From: Rhizaria sp. SCN 62-66
Lineage: Eukaryota
DNA length: 64,000 bases
Direction: 5' to 3'
Assembly (NCBI GenBank): GCA_001724265.1
Contig: MEDY01000084.1
Span: 1-64,000, forward strand
Shown: positions 11,847 to 22,200 of the stretch, piece after piece
Position numbering within the stretch: the stretch's first letter is position 1
Layout: the number at the start of each line of letters is the position of its first letter
Translations under genes and position numbers: made by a program
The notes under the pieces: model-generated
What the model saw: the letters and a program-made list of their open reading frames with translations, nothing else
Databases searched by the model: none
Told to the model about the DNA's origin: nothing

Positions 11847-14800
11847 ATGGAGAACTACACGCGGATGAAGAAGCTCGGCGAGGGCGGCTTTGGCCTCGTC
11901 TTTCTCGCCAAAGACAACCGCGACGGGCAGCTGTACGTGATGAAAGAGGTCGACCTGGGCAAGCTCGACGCCAAGGCGCGCGCCGACTCGGTCAAAGAGG
12001 CTGAGTTCCTCAAGAAGCTCAAGCACCCGAACATCATCGGCTACCACGAGTACTTTCAGACGACGACACAGCAGCGCACGCGGTTCGGCAACGTCGACGT
12101 GCAGAAGCTCTACATCATGATGCATTACGCTGATGGCGGCGACCTCGAAACGCGCATCAAAGCGCGCCGCGGACAGCTCTTCCCCGAGAACGAAGTGCTC
12201 GACTGGTTCGTGCAGATGACACTCGCACTCAAACACATTCACGATCGCAAGATCCTGCATCGTGACATCAAGTCGCAGAACGTCTTCCTCATGGCCAAGA
12301 ACTCGATCGTCAAGCTCGGCGACTTCGGCATCGCCAAGTCGCTCGCACACACACACGCCCAGGCGCGCACCATGATCGGCACGCCGTACTACCTCTCGCC
12401 CGAGATCTGCCGCGAGGCGCCGTACGATGCCAAGTCTGACATCTGGGCGCTGGGCGTGGTTCTCTATGAGCTCATGTGCCTTCGCCACCCGTTCCAGGGC
12501 AACTCGATGAAAGAGCTGCTGCAGCGCATCTGCACCACGCAGCCCGCGCCGCCCAGCAACACCTACTCACGCGAGCTCCGCGCCCTGCTCTCGCGGCTGC
12601 TGGACAAGAACCCCGAGCAGCGGCCCAGCGTCAACGCCATCCTCCACGTGCCCATCGTGCGCGCCCGCATCGCGCGCTTTCTGTCCGCTAATGTGCTGCA
12701 GGAGGAGTTCTCGCACACGGTCATCCACGCCGCGGGCTCGCTCAAGCAGCATGCCGCGCTCGCCATCCTCCAGCAGGACGCTAACGGCAACAACAACAAC
12801 AGCAACCCTGCGGGCGGCAGTGCGGTGCCCGGTGCCGCGGCTGCGGCGGCCGCGTTCGCCGGCGCTGGCCGCGCGGCGCCGCCCCCGCAGCAGCCGCAGC
12901 AGCCCGCGGCGGTTGCGGGCCCCGCGGCGCCGTCACAGCATCAGCAGCGCGCGGCCGCGGCGGCCGTGGCGGAGGCCGCGCGCGCCGCCGAAGCCGCCCG
13001 CCTGGCCGAGCGCCAGCTGCAGCTGCTGCAGCAGCGGCGCGCGCAGATGCAGGCGCAGGCGGACGCGCGTGCCAAGGCCGAGGCCGAGTCGCGCGCACGC
13101 GCCGTTGCCGCCCTGCGCGCGCGCGAGGAAAAGGCCCGCGAGGAGGAGCGCAAGCGGCAGGAGCGGGAGAAGGAGCGCGAACGCGAGCGCGTGGCGCGCG
13201 GCAAGGTCGAGGCGCAGCGGCGCGCGGACGCGGCGAAGCAGGCCGAGGCCGAAGCGGAGCAGCGCCGCGCGGTGATGCGCCAGAACAGGGAGGAGTTCCT
13301 CCGTAACAAGGAGCGCGCCGCCGGCAACAACAACGGTGGCGGTGATATCGATGTCGTCATCTACGAAGGCAAGAAGCCCGCCGTGCGCCCCATCATTCCC
13401 TCCAGCAACAACGACAACAACGCTGACGGCGGCTACGGCGGCTACAGCGGCGGCAGCGGCGGCGGCGGTGGTGGTGCCTACGGCAGTTACGGCGACAACG
13501 GCGGCCGTCGCGCGGCCCCCGCGGCGCGCAGCAGCGAGCCCGAGCGGCCGCCGTGGCGCGGCGTCATGGACGAGGACGCGAGCTACGAGGAAAAGCTTCG
13601 GGCCGCGCGGCTGGAGTACGCGCGCGAGAAGGAGGCCGCGCGCCGCAGGCAGATGGGGCTGCCCCCGCTTGATGACGATAATTACAACGGAAGCTCGAGT
13701 GGTAGCGGCTCCAACGGCTCTGGCTCTGGATCTGATGGTTCTAGTGCGCCGCCTTTGGCCCCCGGGGGGCTGGACTACACCTACTCCGGCGCCGACAACG
13801 CCGGCATTGCGCGCGTGCCTTCCTACGCCCGCCAGCCCTCCGGCACTGGCGCCGGCGCCTCAAGCGGCAGCAGTGGCGGCGGCAGCTCGGCGCCATACGG
13901 CACGGACCCGTACGCGGACCGCGACCGCGCCGCCGCCGCGGGCTCGCGCGCGTCCGCGCAGGCTAAGTACGAGGCCGAGCACGCGCGGCTCCGCGCCGAG
14001 TACGACGCCGAGCGCCGCGCCATCGCAGCGCGCCACGGGGCCAACAACGGCGGCGGCGCGGGCGCGGCGGCGGCGGGCGGCGGCGGCGGTGGCAGCGCGC
14101 TGGCGAGTGCCGGTGCGAGTGCGGTTGCGTCAAGCGCGCCGTACTACACCGATCCCGCCGCGCAGTACCGCCCCTACGGCTCGAACAACGGCAGCAAGGG
14201 CGCTGCCGGCAGCGGCAGCTCGGATGCGCCGCTGTCGCGCAAGGAGGAGCAGCGGCAATACGAGGCCGAGCTGCAGCGGCTGCGCAACGTGTATCAGCAA
14301 GAGCGCGCGTCCGTCGAGCGCAAGCTCCGCGGCATTGTCGGCGACGGTACTGACCCCGATGCTGGCGCTGCCGCGGGCGCCAGTCAAAGCAATAACGGCA
14401 GCGCCAACAACAGCGCTGGCTCTGGTTACGGTGCTGGTTATGGTGCCGGCTATGGCTCTCAGCCGCCCTCGTCGTCGCCCTCGCGCCCCAACAGCAGCGG
14501 CAACGGCAGCGGCAGTGGCGGCTACGACGCATACTCGAACCCCGGCGCGCGCTACGGCCGCTACGGCTCCAACGGCGTCGCCAACGCCAACTCCGCAGCG
14601 GGCGGCCGCGTGCTGACCCGCGAAGAGGAGCTCGAGGCCGCGCGCCTGGCGATCTTGGAAGAGCGCCGCGCGCTGCAACTCAAGGCGGCGCAGTACCTGG
14701 CCGACGCGGGCGACGACGTCGTGCTGCCCAACCAGCAGCGCGCCGCCGCGGCCGCGGCCACCGGGAACGGCAGTGCGCCTGGAACTGCGACTGCCGGCGC

Positions 14801-15920
14801 GGAGCTGTCCGAGGCGCGCGCTGCCTTTATGCAGCACAAGGCCGCCGCCGCTGCCGCCGCCGCTGCCAACAGCAACAGCAATGGCAACGGGAGCAGCGCG
14901 CAAAGCGACAAGGACGCGTACCTGGCCCGTCTCGCGAGCCGCGGCGTCGCAGCCGCCAGCGTAATGCGCGGTGGCAGCGGCAGCAACGGCTCCCCGGCCA
15001 CCGCAGACAGCGACTTCGCGGGTTACGACGACGCCGCGCTCCCGCCCAGCCCCTACGGCGCCGCCGCGGCCGCTGCGACCCCGGCCGCCGCCGCCACGGA
15101 CTCCGCCGGCGCCGGCGCCGCCGCGGAGCCCGGCATCGGCAGCACTGACGACCTGACGCCAGAGCAGGCGCTCAACGCTCTGGCGCGCGATGCCGACGAG
15201 TTCCTGGTCATGTGCAACAACATGCGCGCTGCGCTCGACGCGTCCGAGGACGACGAGGCCGCCGTGCCGGTCTTCAACGACGACGACGAGGACGACGCCG
15301 TGGTGCGCCGCATGGTCGGCGCGGGCGCCAGATCTGCTTCCGCCGCCGCCACCGCCGCCGCTGGTGCTGGCTCCGGCGCGGGCGCGTCGCGCGGAGGCTC
15401 TCGCGCCAACGCGGAGGCCGCGCCGGCGTTCGTGCCCGTGCCGCACCGGTCGCGCAACGCGAGCAGCGTGACGGCCGAGGTGCTGCAGCGCGCGTACTAC
15501 GTCAACCAGCAGTTCCGCGACTCGGACACCGACAAGGTCGTCGCCACGGTTGAGGCCGACGGGTTTATTCTCGACACCAAGGGCAACGTCGTTGGCTTCC
15601 TCACCGGCGGCCGCAGCGAGGGCAGTGGCTCGGCCGCCGCGTCTTCGGCCTCGTCAGCGTCGTCAGGTGCGGCCAAGGTGCCCGGGGACGAGGAGGACGA
15701 CGACGACGTGGTCGCGGTCCACATGCTGTCCTCGCTCCCCGCGGCCGCGCTTGGCGGCGCGGGCGGCCAGCAGCAGCGCAACGGCGGGAGCGGCGGCGAC
15801 GGTGCCAGCAACGGCGGCGGCGTCGGGTCTGGCACTGTGCGTGTGTACGCGCCCTTTGCTGTCGGCGCAAAGATCGAGTCGATGGACGAGGAAGACATCG
15901 CTGATATCCTCGGCGAGTAA
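11847..15920 (+). CDS. NIMA-related Ser/Thr kinase, NEK1/3/5-like, with a long coiled-coil and low-complexity tail
   Basis: N-terminal kinase domain: LGEGGFG, VMKE, HPNII, MHYADGGDL, LDWFVQ, HDRKILHRDIKSQNVFL, KLGDFGIAK, IGTPYYLSPE. NEK1-type post-kinase EEFSHTV. Confidence 0.92.
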   Translation: MENYTRMKKLGEGGFGLVFLAKDNRDGQLYVMKEVDLGKLDAKARADSVKEAEFLKKLKHPNIIGYHEYFQTTTQQRTRFGNVDVQKLYIMMHYADGGDLETRIKARRGQLFPENEVLDWFVQMTLALKHIHDRKILHRDIKSQNVFLMAKNSIVKLGDFGIAKSLAHTHAQARTMIGTPYYLSPEICREAPYDAKSDIWALGVVLYELMCLRHPFQGNSMKELLQRICTTQPAPPSNTYSRELRALLSRLLDKNPEQRPSVNAILHVPIVRARIARFLSANVLQEEFSHTVIHAAGSLKQHAALAILQQDANGNNNNSNPAGGSAVPGAAAAAAAFAGAGRAAPPPQQPQQPAAVAGPAAPSQHQQRAAAAAVAEAARAAEAARLAERQLQLLQQRRAQMQAQADARAKAEAESRARAVAALRAREEKAREEERKRQEREKERERERVARGKVEAQRRADAAKQAEAEAEQRRAVMRQNREEFLRNKERAAGNNNGGGDIDVVIYEGKKPAVRPIIPSSNNDNNADGGYGGYSGGSGGGGGGAYGSYGDNGGRRAAPAARSSEPERPPWRGVMDEDASYEEKLRAARLEYAREKEAARRRQMGLPPLDDDNYNGSSSGSGSNGSGSGSDGSSAPPLAPGGLDYTYSGADNAGIARVPSYARQPSGTGAGASSGSSGGGSSAPYGTDPYADRDRAAAAGSRASAQAKYEAEHARLRAEYDAERRAIAARHGANNGGGAGAAAAGGGGGGSALASAGASAVASSAPYYTDPAAQYRPYGSNNGSKGAAGSGSSDAPLSRKEEQRQYEAELQRLRNVYQQERASVERKLRGIVGDGTDPDAGAAAGASQSNNGSANNSAGSGYGAGYGAGYGSQPPSSSPSRPNSSGNGSGSGGYDAYSNPGARYGRYGSNGVANANSAAGGRVLTREEELEAARLAILEERRALQLKAAQYLADAGDDVVLPNQQRAAAAAATGNGSAPGTATAGAELSEARAAFMQHKAAAAAAAAANSNSNGNGSSAQSDKDAYLARLASRGVAAASVMRGGSGSNGSPATADSDFAGYDDAALPPSPYGAAAAAATPAAAATDSAGAGAAAEPGIGSTDDLTPEQALNALARDADEFLVMCNNMRAALDASEDDEAAVPVFNDDDEDDAVVRRMVGAGARSASAAATAAAGAGSGAGASRGGSRANAEAAPAFVPVPHRSRNASSVTAEVLQRAYYVNQQFRDSDTDKVVATVEADGFILDTKGNVVGFLTGGRSEGSGSAAASSASSASSGAAKVPGDEEDDDDVVAVHMLSSLPAAALGGAGGQQQRNGGSGGDGASNGGGVGSGTVRVYAPFAVGAKIESMDEEDIADILGE

Positions 15921-16285
15921 ACACACAATCGTTCCCCGTAATTTGTGACGGGATTATTTACTCTTTTGTTTTGTATAGTGTAGTAGTGTGGTTGTTTCAG
16001 ATTGGATTACTATGACCAATATCCAAGTCCGTTATATCATTTGTTTGACTCAGTGTGTTATTATGACTCAATTTGTTATTATTTTATTGTTTCGCGTTTG
16101 GACGCGTAAGAATTGCTGTGAATAAAGCGGAACTTTTTGTATTCATAATCTAGATCTTTTATAACAGTTGATACGACATCTCATCATCGTCGTACTTTCA
16201 CGGTGTTTCAATCATGCTAACGCGATAGGTAGTTGTACGTTGAAACGTACTGGTTCAATAATAGTTTCAGAAGTAGCTGGCGCAT

Positions 16286-19200
16286 TTAGTCTTGCTCAAA
16301 CACCATAGCGTCGCTGGCGTTAAGCCACATCCGCGCGACGACACTCATGCCAGGCACTTCCACAGTCGTCTCCTCGTCCTCCGCCGCGGCCGCGGGGCCG
16401 GCAAGCCAGGGGTTGCGCGCCCGCTCCACGGGATCCTTGCTCATCCCCACGGGCACAATGCGCGCAAACGCCGCCGTCGCCGCACTTGCGGCGGCCGCAG
16501 CAGCGGGCGCGGCCGTAAGGGACTCGCCCTCCGCATCCGCCTCTGCATCAGCGTCGGCGTCGGCGTCGCCGGTGCTGTCGGGATCACTCGCGGCGTCGGC
16601 GTCAGCGTCGGCGTCAGCGTCGGCGTCAGCGTCCGTGTGCGCGGCCAGCAGCGCGAGCCGCAGCGGCGCCTCGACCACAGCCTCACCTGCGTTGGCGCGC
16701 GCGGCGATGGGCGCGAAGAGCGCGGGGTTGAAGTCGCACGGCCACACGCGCAGCGCGCGCTCCATCGCGGTCTCCGCCGCGGCCTCGGCCTCCAGCTCCT
16801 GCTGCGCCGCCGCAGCAGCGGCAACCTGCGCCTGTGCGGCCACCAGCGACTGCGCCTGCGCGGCGGCCGAGGCGGCGCCCTTGCCGGTCGCGCCGGAGCC
16901 AGAGCCAGCGCCCGCGGCGCCGGGGCCCGTGGCGCCGGGGCGGGCGCCCTTGGCTCCAAAGATCGAGCGGCGCGGGCCCTGCGCCGCGACACTGGCGCCC
17001 GCAATGGCCGCGGCGGCTGCGGTCGCGGCGTCGGACGCGGCAGCCGAGGTCGCTGCGGCGGCTGCAGCGGCCGCGGAGGCGAGCGAGGGCGTGGGGATTG
17101 ACAGCGCGCGCAGCTCAACGGGAGTGTCGCTGGAGCTGGCGACAGTGGGCAGCACTGCAACGACGCTCGCACTGTCGCCGCCATCGTGGATATTCAAGTC
17201 GCCACTGTTGCTGTTGCCGCAGTCGGAACTGTTGTCCGCAGCGTCGACAAGCACGACGAGCGCGGGTTTGACCGCGTTCGCAGCCAGCGGCGACGCCAGC
17301 GCATCGCTGCGCGCGCGCGCAAAAAGCGCGCCGTACGGCAGCCGCGCGACGGCGAACGTGCTCTGCTGCGTCTCGCGCGTGCGCCGCGTGTCCGTGCGCA
17401 CAAGCGAGTATGACGCAACCTCCACAGGCTTCCGACGGCTGTTCTTGCCGCCCGCACCCGCGCCCGCGCCCGTGCCCGAGCTCGCGGGAGCGGCGTCTGC
17501 GCTTGCAGCGCCCGGCGCAGCGAGGGACCCGGGCCCCGCCTCTGCAGCGGACGTCGTCGAGAGCGCCCAGTCGGACACGGAGAGCGTGGACGCGAGCGTG
17601 CGCTGCAGCGTCACCACGACGCGCACCTCCGCGCCGGGCCCCCAGTCCGCGGCCAGCGCGTCGCCGACCGCGGCGCCCGCGGCGCCCGTCACGCTGCAGA
17701 GCGGGGTGACCGTGAGCGCGCCGACTGCGGCAGCGATGCAGCCCCCCGCGGCGGCGGCCCCGGGCCACGGCGCGGGCTCCGAGTGCGCGACCGTGCCGTC
17801 GGGCAGCACCAGTGACACGATGAACGCGTACTCGACCGTCGACGCCAGCGTGAATGATAGACGGCCCGCGCCCGCGGCGGCAGCGGTGGCGGCGGTGGCG
17901 GCGGCAGCAGCGGCGGCCGCGGCGGACCCTGCGCCTCCTCCGGCACCGGTGGTGGTGCCCTGGGGCGGCGTGTAGAGCCCCGCTGCGGCCGCGGCAGCGC
18001 AAGGCGCGAGCGGCTTGACCACGGAGCCCTCCGAGAAGAAGCACATCGGGCCGCGCGCGACCCGAAGACCGGCGGCGGAGCCCAGCGCAGCGGTGGCCGC
18101 GGGCGACGTCGTCGTGGGCAGCGATCCCGCGCCCGGCCCGCCCGCTGAGACGGCGCCGGCAGCGCCAGCCGCGGCAGCACTCGCAGCGCCGCTGCCGCCA
18201 GTGCTGCTACTGCCGGCAGCGCCGGCGCGCTTGCTGCCTTTGCCAGCGACCGTCGCGCCCGCCGCCGACGCCGCAGCCGCGGCCGCCGCAGCCGCCGCGC
18301 TGGGTAGCGGCGATGGCACGATGCTCGCAGGCGCCGCAGTGGCGGCCGCAGCGGTCGCGCGCACGACCGCGTCGGGGTCCGCCACCGCGCTGCCGCGCGC
18401 GGGCACCACGAACGACTGCAGGAACAGGTCCGCAGCGGTCGGCGCCGCGGGGGCGCGCGGGCCGAAGGCAAAGAAGCTGGTCTCCGCAGTGGGCGCGTGC
18501 GCGCGCAGCAGACGCGGGGCCGAGGGAGACGCAGAGGCCGCGGCACCAGCGGCGGCGGCAGACGCTGCGTCCGCGGCGGCAGCTGCAGCAGCAGCGGCTG
18601 CGGCGGCCGCAGTGGCGCCGGCGCCGCGGCCAGACTTGCTGCTTGCGCCCACATTCGCTGCGCCAGCAGTCGGAGTGGCAACGGCCGCGGTTCCTGCTGC
18701 AGCGTTGCCCCCGCCCGCAGTCGCGTTAAACGAGCCACCGGAAGTGGGCGTGCCGGGCTGGGCGGCGTCAGTCGCGGCCGACGTCGCAGCGCTCGCCGCG
18801 GCGGCGGAGGCGGAGGCCGCAGCAGTTGCAGCAGCAGCAGCAGCAGCGGCCGTAAGCGACGACACTTGCGGCGCGCGATGCTTGCTCTCCTGCGCGGTCG
18901 CTGACGCAGCTCCCGTTGATACGGTGATCGCAGTGGTGCTGGCGGAGGACGGAGGCAAGGGCAGGATTGCAGAGCGCGCGCCGACGACGCCGGTGACTGC
19001 GTCGTACATCAGAGCGCACTGGTACACACCAGTCAGCTGCGCTTGAGACGACTGTGGCGCGTGCGATTGCGGCTGTGGCTGCGGCGCGCCCCACACAGAC
19101 TCGCTAAGAGCGTTCATGCTGTTATCGAGCGCGGCGCCGGCGCCCCAGGCCGCGATGTGGCCGTGCACCGCCACGGCCCGGTTCAGGTCGCACGATGACC

Positions 19201-22200
19201 GCGCCCCGGCGCGCCCCGCAGCGCCGCCGACGCCGCCGTGCGCGCCGGTGTGCGCGCTGGCCCAGTCGCGCGCGCGGTCGCGCTCGGCGCGCGCGGCCGC
19301 GGCCGCGGCAGCCGAGGTGGGGTCCGCGGACGGCGGCGGCAGCGCCGGGGAAGCGACCTCGAGCAACAGCTCCACGGCGCGCGCGTTGCGGCGCCACAGA
19401 CCCACCGGCAGCGACGGCGACGGTGACGGTGACGGCAACGGCGACGGGGCCTGAGCAGGCGCGCTCGCGGCGTTCGCGCTGTGAGCGTGTGCTTGCGCGT
19501 TCGTGTTGTCACCGGTGTTGTTGGTGTTAGAGGCGACGGTGGGCTGCTGGTTCATCGCGCGGACCCAGGCCGACGCGTGGAGATCGCCCAGCCCCTGCGC
19601 GGTGGACTCGCCCTGCGACCACTCGTCGTCGCACCGGGCGCCGTGCGCCACCAGTGCGCTCGCGGGCGCGGTCACGCCCAGCGCAAACCACGGCTCAGAC
19701 GCAGCGGCGTTCGCGGTGCCCACGCTGCCAGCGGTGATGCTGATGCTGGGGTTGGAGACGGAGCCGACGCGGGCGAACGCGGGCGCGGCGGCGGCGGCGG
19801 CGGCGGCCACCGCAGCGGCGGCGGCGAGCTGCGCGGGCGTCGGCGCGACGGGGGCCACCGCCATCGCCACTGCGGGGGCTGCTGCCACCGCGCTGGTAGC
19901 GTGAGAGCTCGCCGCCGCGGAGGACGGCTGCGCATTCGCGCATCGGCGTGCGCGCGCGGGACTGCCCAGACCGGGGAGCGAGTTCTGCTGCTGCAGCGGC
20001 GGGGGCGCGCCGCCGGAGCCGGAGCCGGAGCTGGCCCCAGGCAACGCGCCGGGCGCGGCGAGCGCAGGCGGCGGCGCGGGCGCGGCGGAGGCGGCGATGG
20101 CGGCAGCGTGCGACGCGGGCGTATGACCCAGCAGTGCGAAGAGCGCGGCGCGCGCGGCGGCGGCCTCGGCGACTGCCCAGGCCGAGTCGGCCTCGGGCGC
20201 AAGCGCGTACGGATCCGGCAGACTGCGCAGACCGGTCACGCGCGCTGCCAGAGAGGTAAAACCCAGACCGGCGGCCGCGATCACGCCCGCGGCCGTCGCG
20301 GCAGTGGCCGTGGCAGCGGCAACGGGAGCGCAGTAGCCCGCCGCGCCTGCGATGCCGTTGCTACTGACGTTGAACGAGGACGGGGGAAAGCGGAGCGAGA
20401 GCACATTGCCCGCCTCGGTGACGAATCGCAGCGGGCGCGCGGGCCCCGCGGAGCGCGGTGGCAGCGCGAGCGGCAGCGGCAGCGGCAGCGGGCGCGCGCG
20501 CAACTGGCGCGCCCCCACGCCCCCACTGGGCGGACTGGCGATGGACAGCGACCAGACCGTGCCGGCGGCGGCGGCGACTGCAGCGGCCGTCACCGCGGCG
20601 TCGGCCTCGGCGGCCCACGCGCGCGCAGCGGCACGCAGCGCACGCACGCGGGCCACGCGCGCCGCAACCTCAGCCTCGCGCTGCGGCTGTGCGGCGGCGG
20701 CCAGCGCGGCGGCCGCGGCGGCCTGGCGGGACGACAAGCCTGCGCCTGCGCCTGCGCCGGCACCGGGCGCGCCGCTCCCGCTCGAGTTCACGCCCATCGC
20801 GGCGGCGCTGGTGGCGGCGTTGGGGCGGAGCGAGGACGCGCCGAAGCGGCGGCCTGGTGCCGGGGCGGGGGCAGCGGCGGCGGTGGCGGCGGCGGCGGCG
20901 GCAGCGGCGGCCTCGACGGAGGGCGCGGCGGCGGGTGCGGGCGCGGGCGGCGGGTTGGCTGCCAGCGCCAGCACCGCGGCCACCGCCGTCGCCGCGGCGG
21001 TCGCGGGAGTCACTGCGCCTGCGCCCGCGCTAGTCCCGCCGGCGTAAGCGTTGACTGTGGCGACGCCGCCCGCGGCAGTGAGCGAAGTGGTGACCGCGCC
21101 GAGCAGCGGCGCCGGCGCGAGTGCTGCCGCTGACACGCGCGCGCTCGCCCCCGCCGCTGCCGCCGCCGTCGCCACCGTTGCCGCTGATGTCGCTGCTAAA
21201 GGGGCGGTGAGCGGGGCGCAGAGCTGCCACGCGCCGATTCCGCCCGCCGCGGCCGCGGCCACGGTGGCGGGCACCGGCTGCTGCGTCTGCGCGGCGGCGG
21301 TGGCGGAGGCAGCGGGGCCGCCAGCGGCGGGCGGTGGCGAGAGCGCGCGCGCCGCGCGACCGAGGTGGCGGCCCGGCTCCGGGGCGGGGGATGTCGACGG
21401 TGAGACGCCAGCGCTGCCGTCGGATACGGAGTTGGAGGCCGAGGCATAGGCTGAGGCGGCAGAGGCGGCGCTGGCGGCTGCAGCGGCCGCGGTCGCCGTG
21501 AAAGCGCCCGTGAGGCCAGTCAGACTGGGGTCCGCAGTCGCGGCCGCAAGTGCAGCACCGGGCGCCTTCGCCGTCACAGTTGTAGCCGCACTGTTATAGC
21601 TGCTGCCGGCGTGTTTGGAGACGAGGACGGGAGCGAGGAGCGCCGCGGTGTAGTCTGCGAGGCTCGCAAGCCCGGCGCCGATCGACACCGACGCCGACAG
21701 CACAGACGCGGGCGCAGCAGCGCTCGCACTCGAAGAAGCGCCGGCGCTGGCCCGGTTGGACAGGGCTGCGGGCGGTGCGTAGACTAGCCTGCGCGCGACC
21801 GCGGCAGCGACCTCGCCGACACTGCACGCACTGCCGCTTGCAGTCGCGGTCGCGGCGACAGCAGAGGCGACGGCGAGCGAGAACCGCGCCGCCTGGCTCT
21901 CTGCGCCAGTGCCGCTAACAGTCGCGCTGGCGAGCGCAGCAGCCGCCGCGGCTGGCGCGAGGGCCGCGAGACGCGCTACGGTCACCGCGCCCGCCTCCGC
22001 AGCCTGCGCCGCCGCGGCCGCCGCGCCCGCGATGGCGGCGAGCTGCAGCGCGTTGCCCCCCGCGCCTCCTATGTTCCCCGCAAGCACGTTGCCCTTGGCG
22101 CGCGGCTTTTGCGCGACGCGGACGCCGTGCAGCGCCGCCAGCGCCGCGCGCAGCCGCTGTGCGCCGGCCGCCGCGATCTGCGGGTGCGCGGGCACACCGT

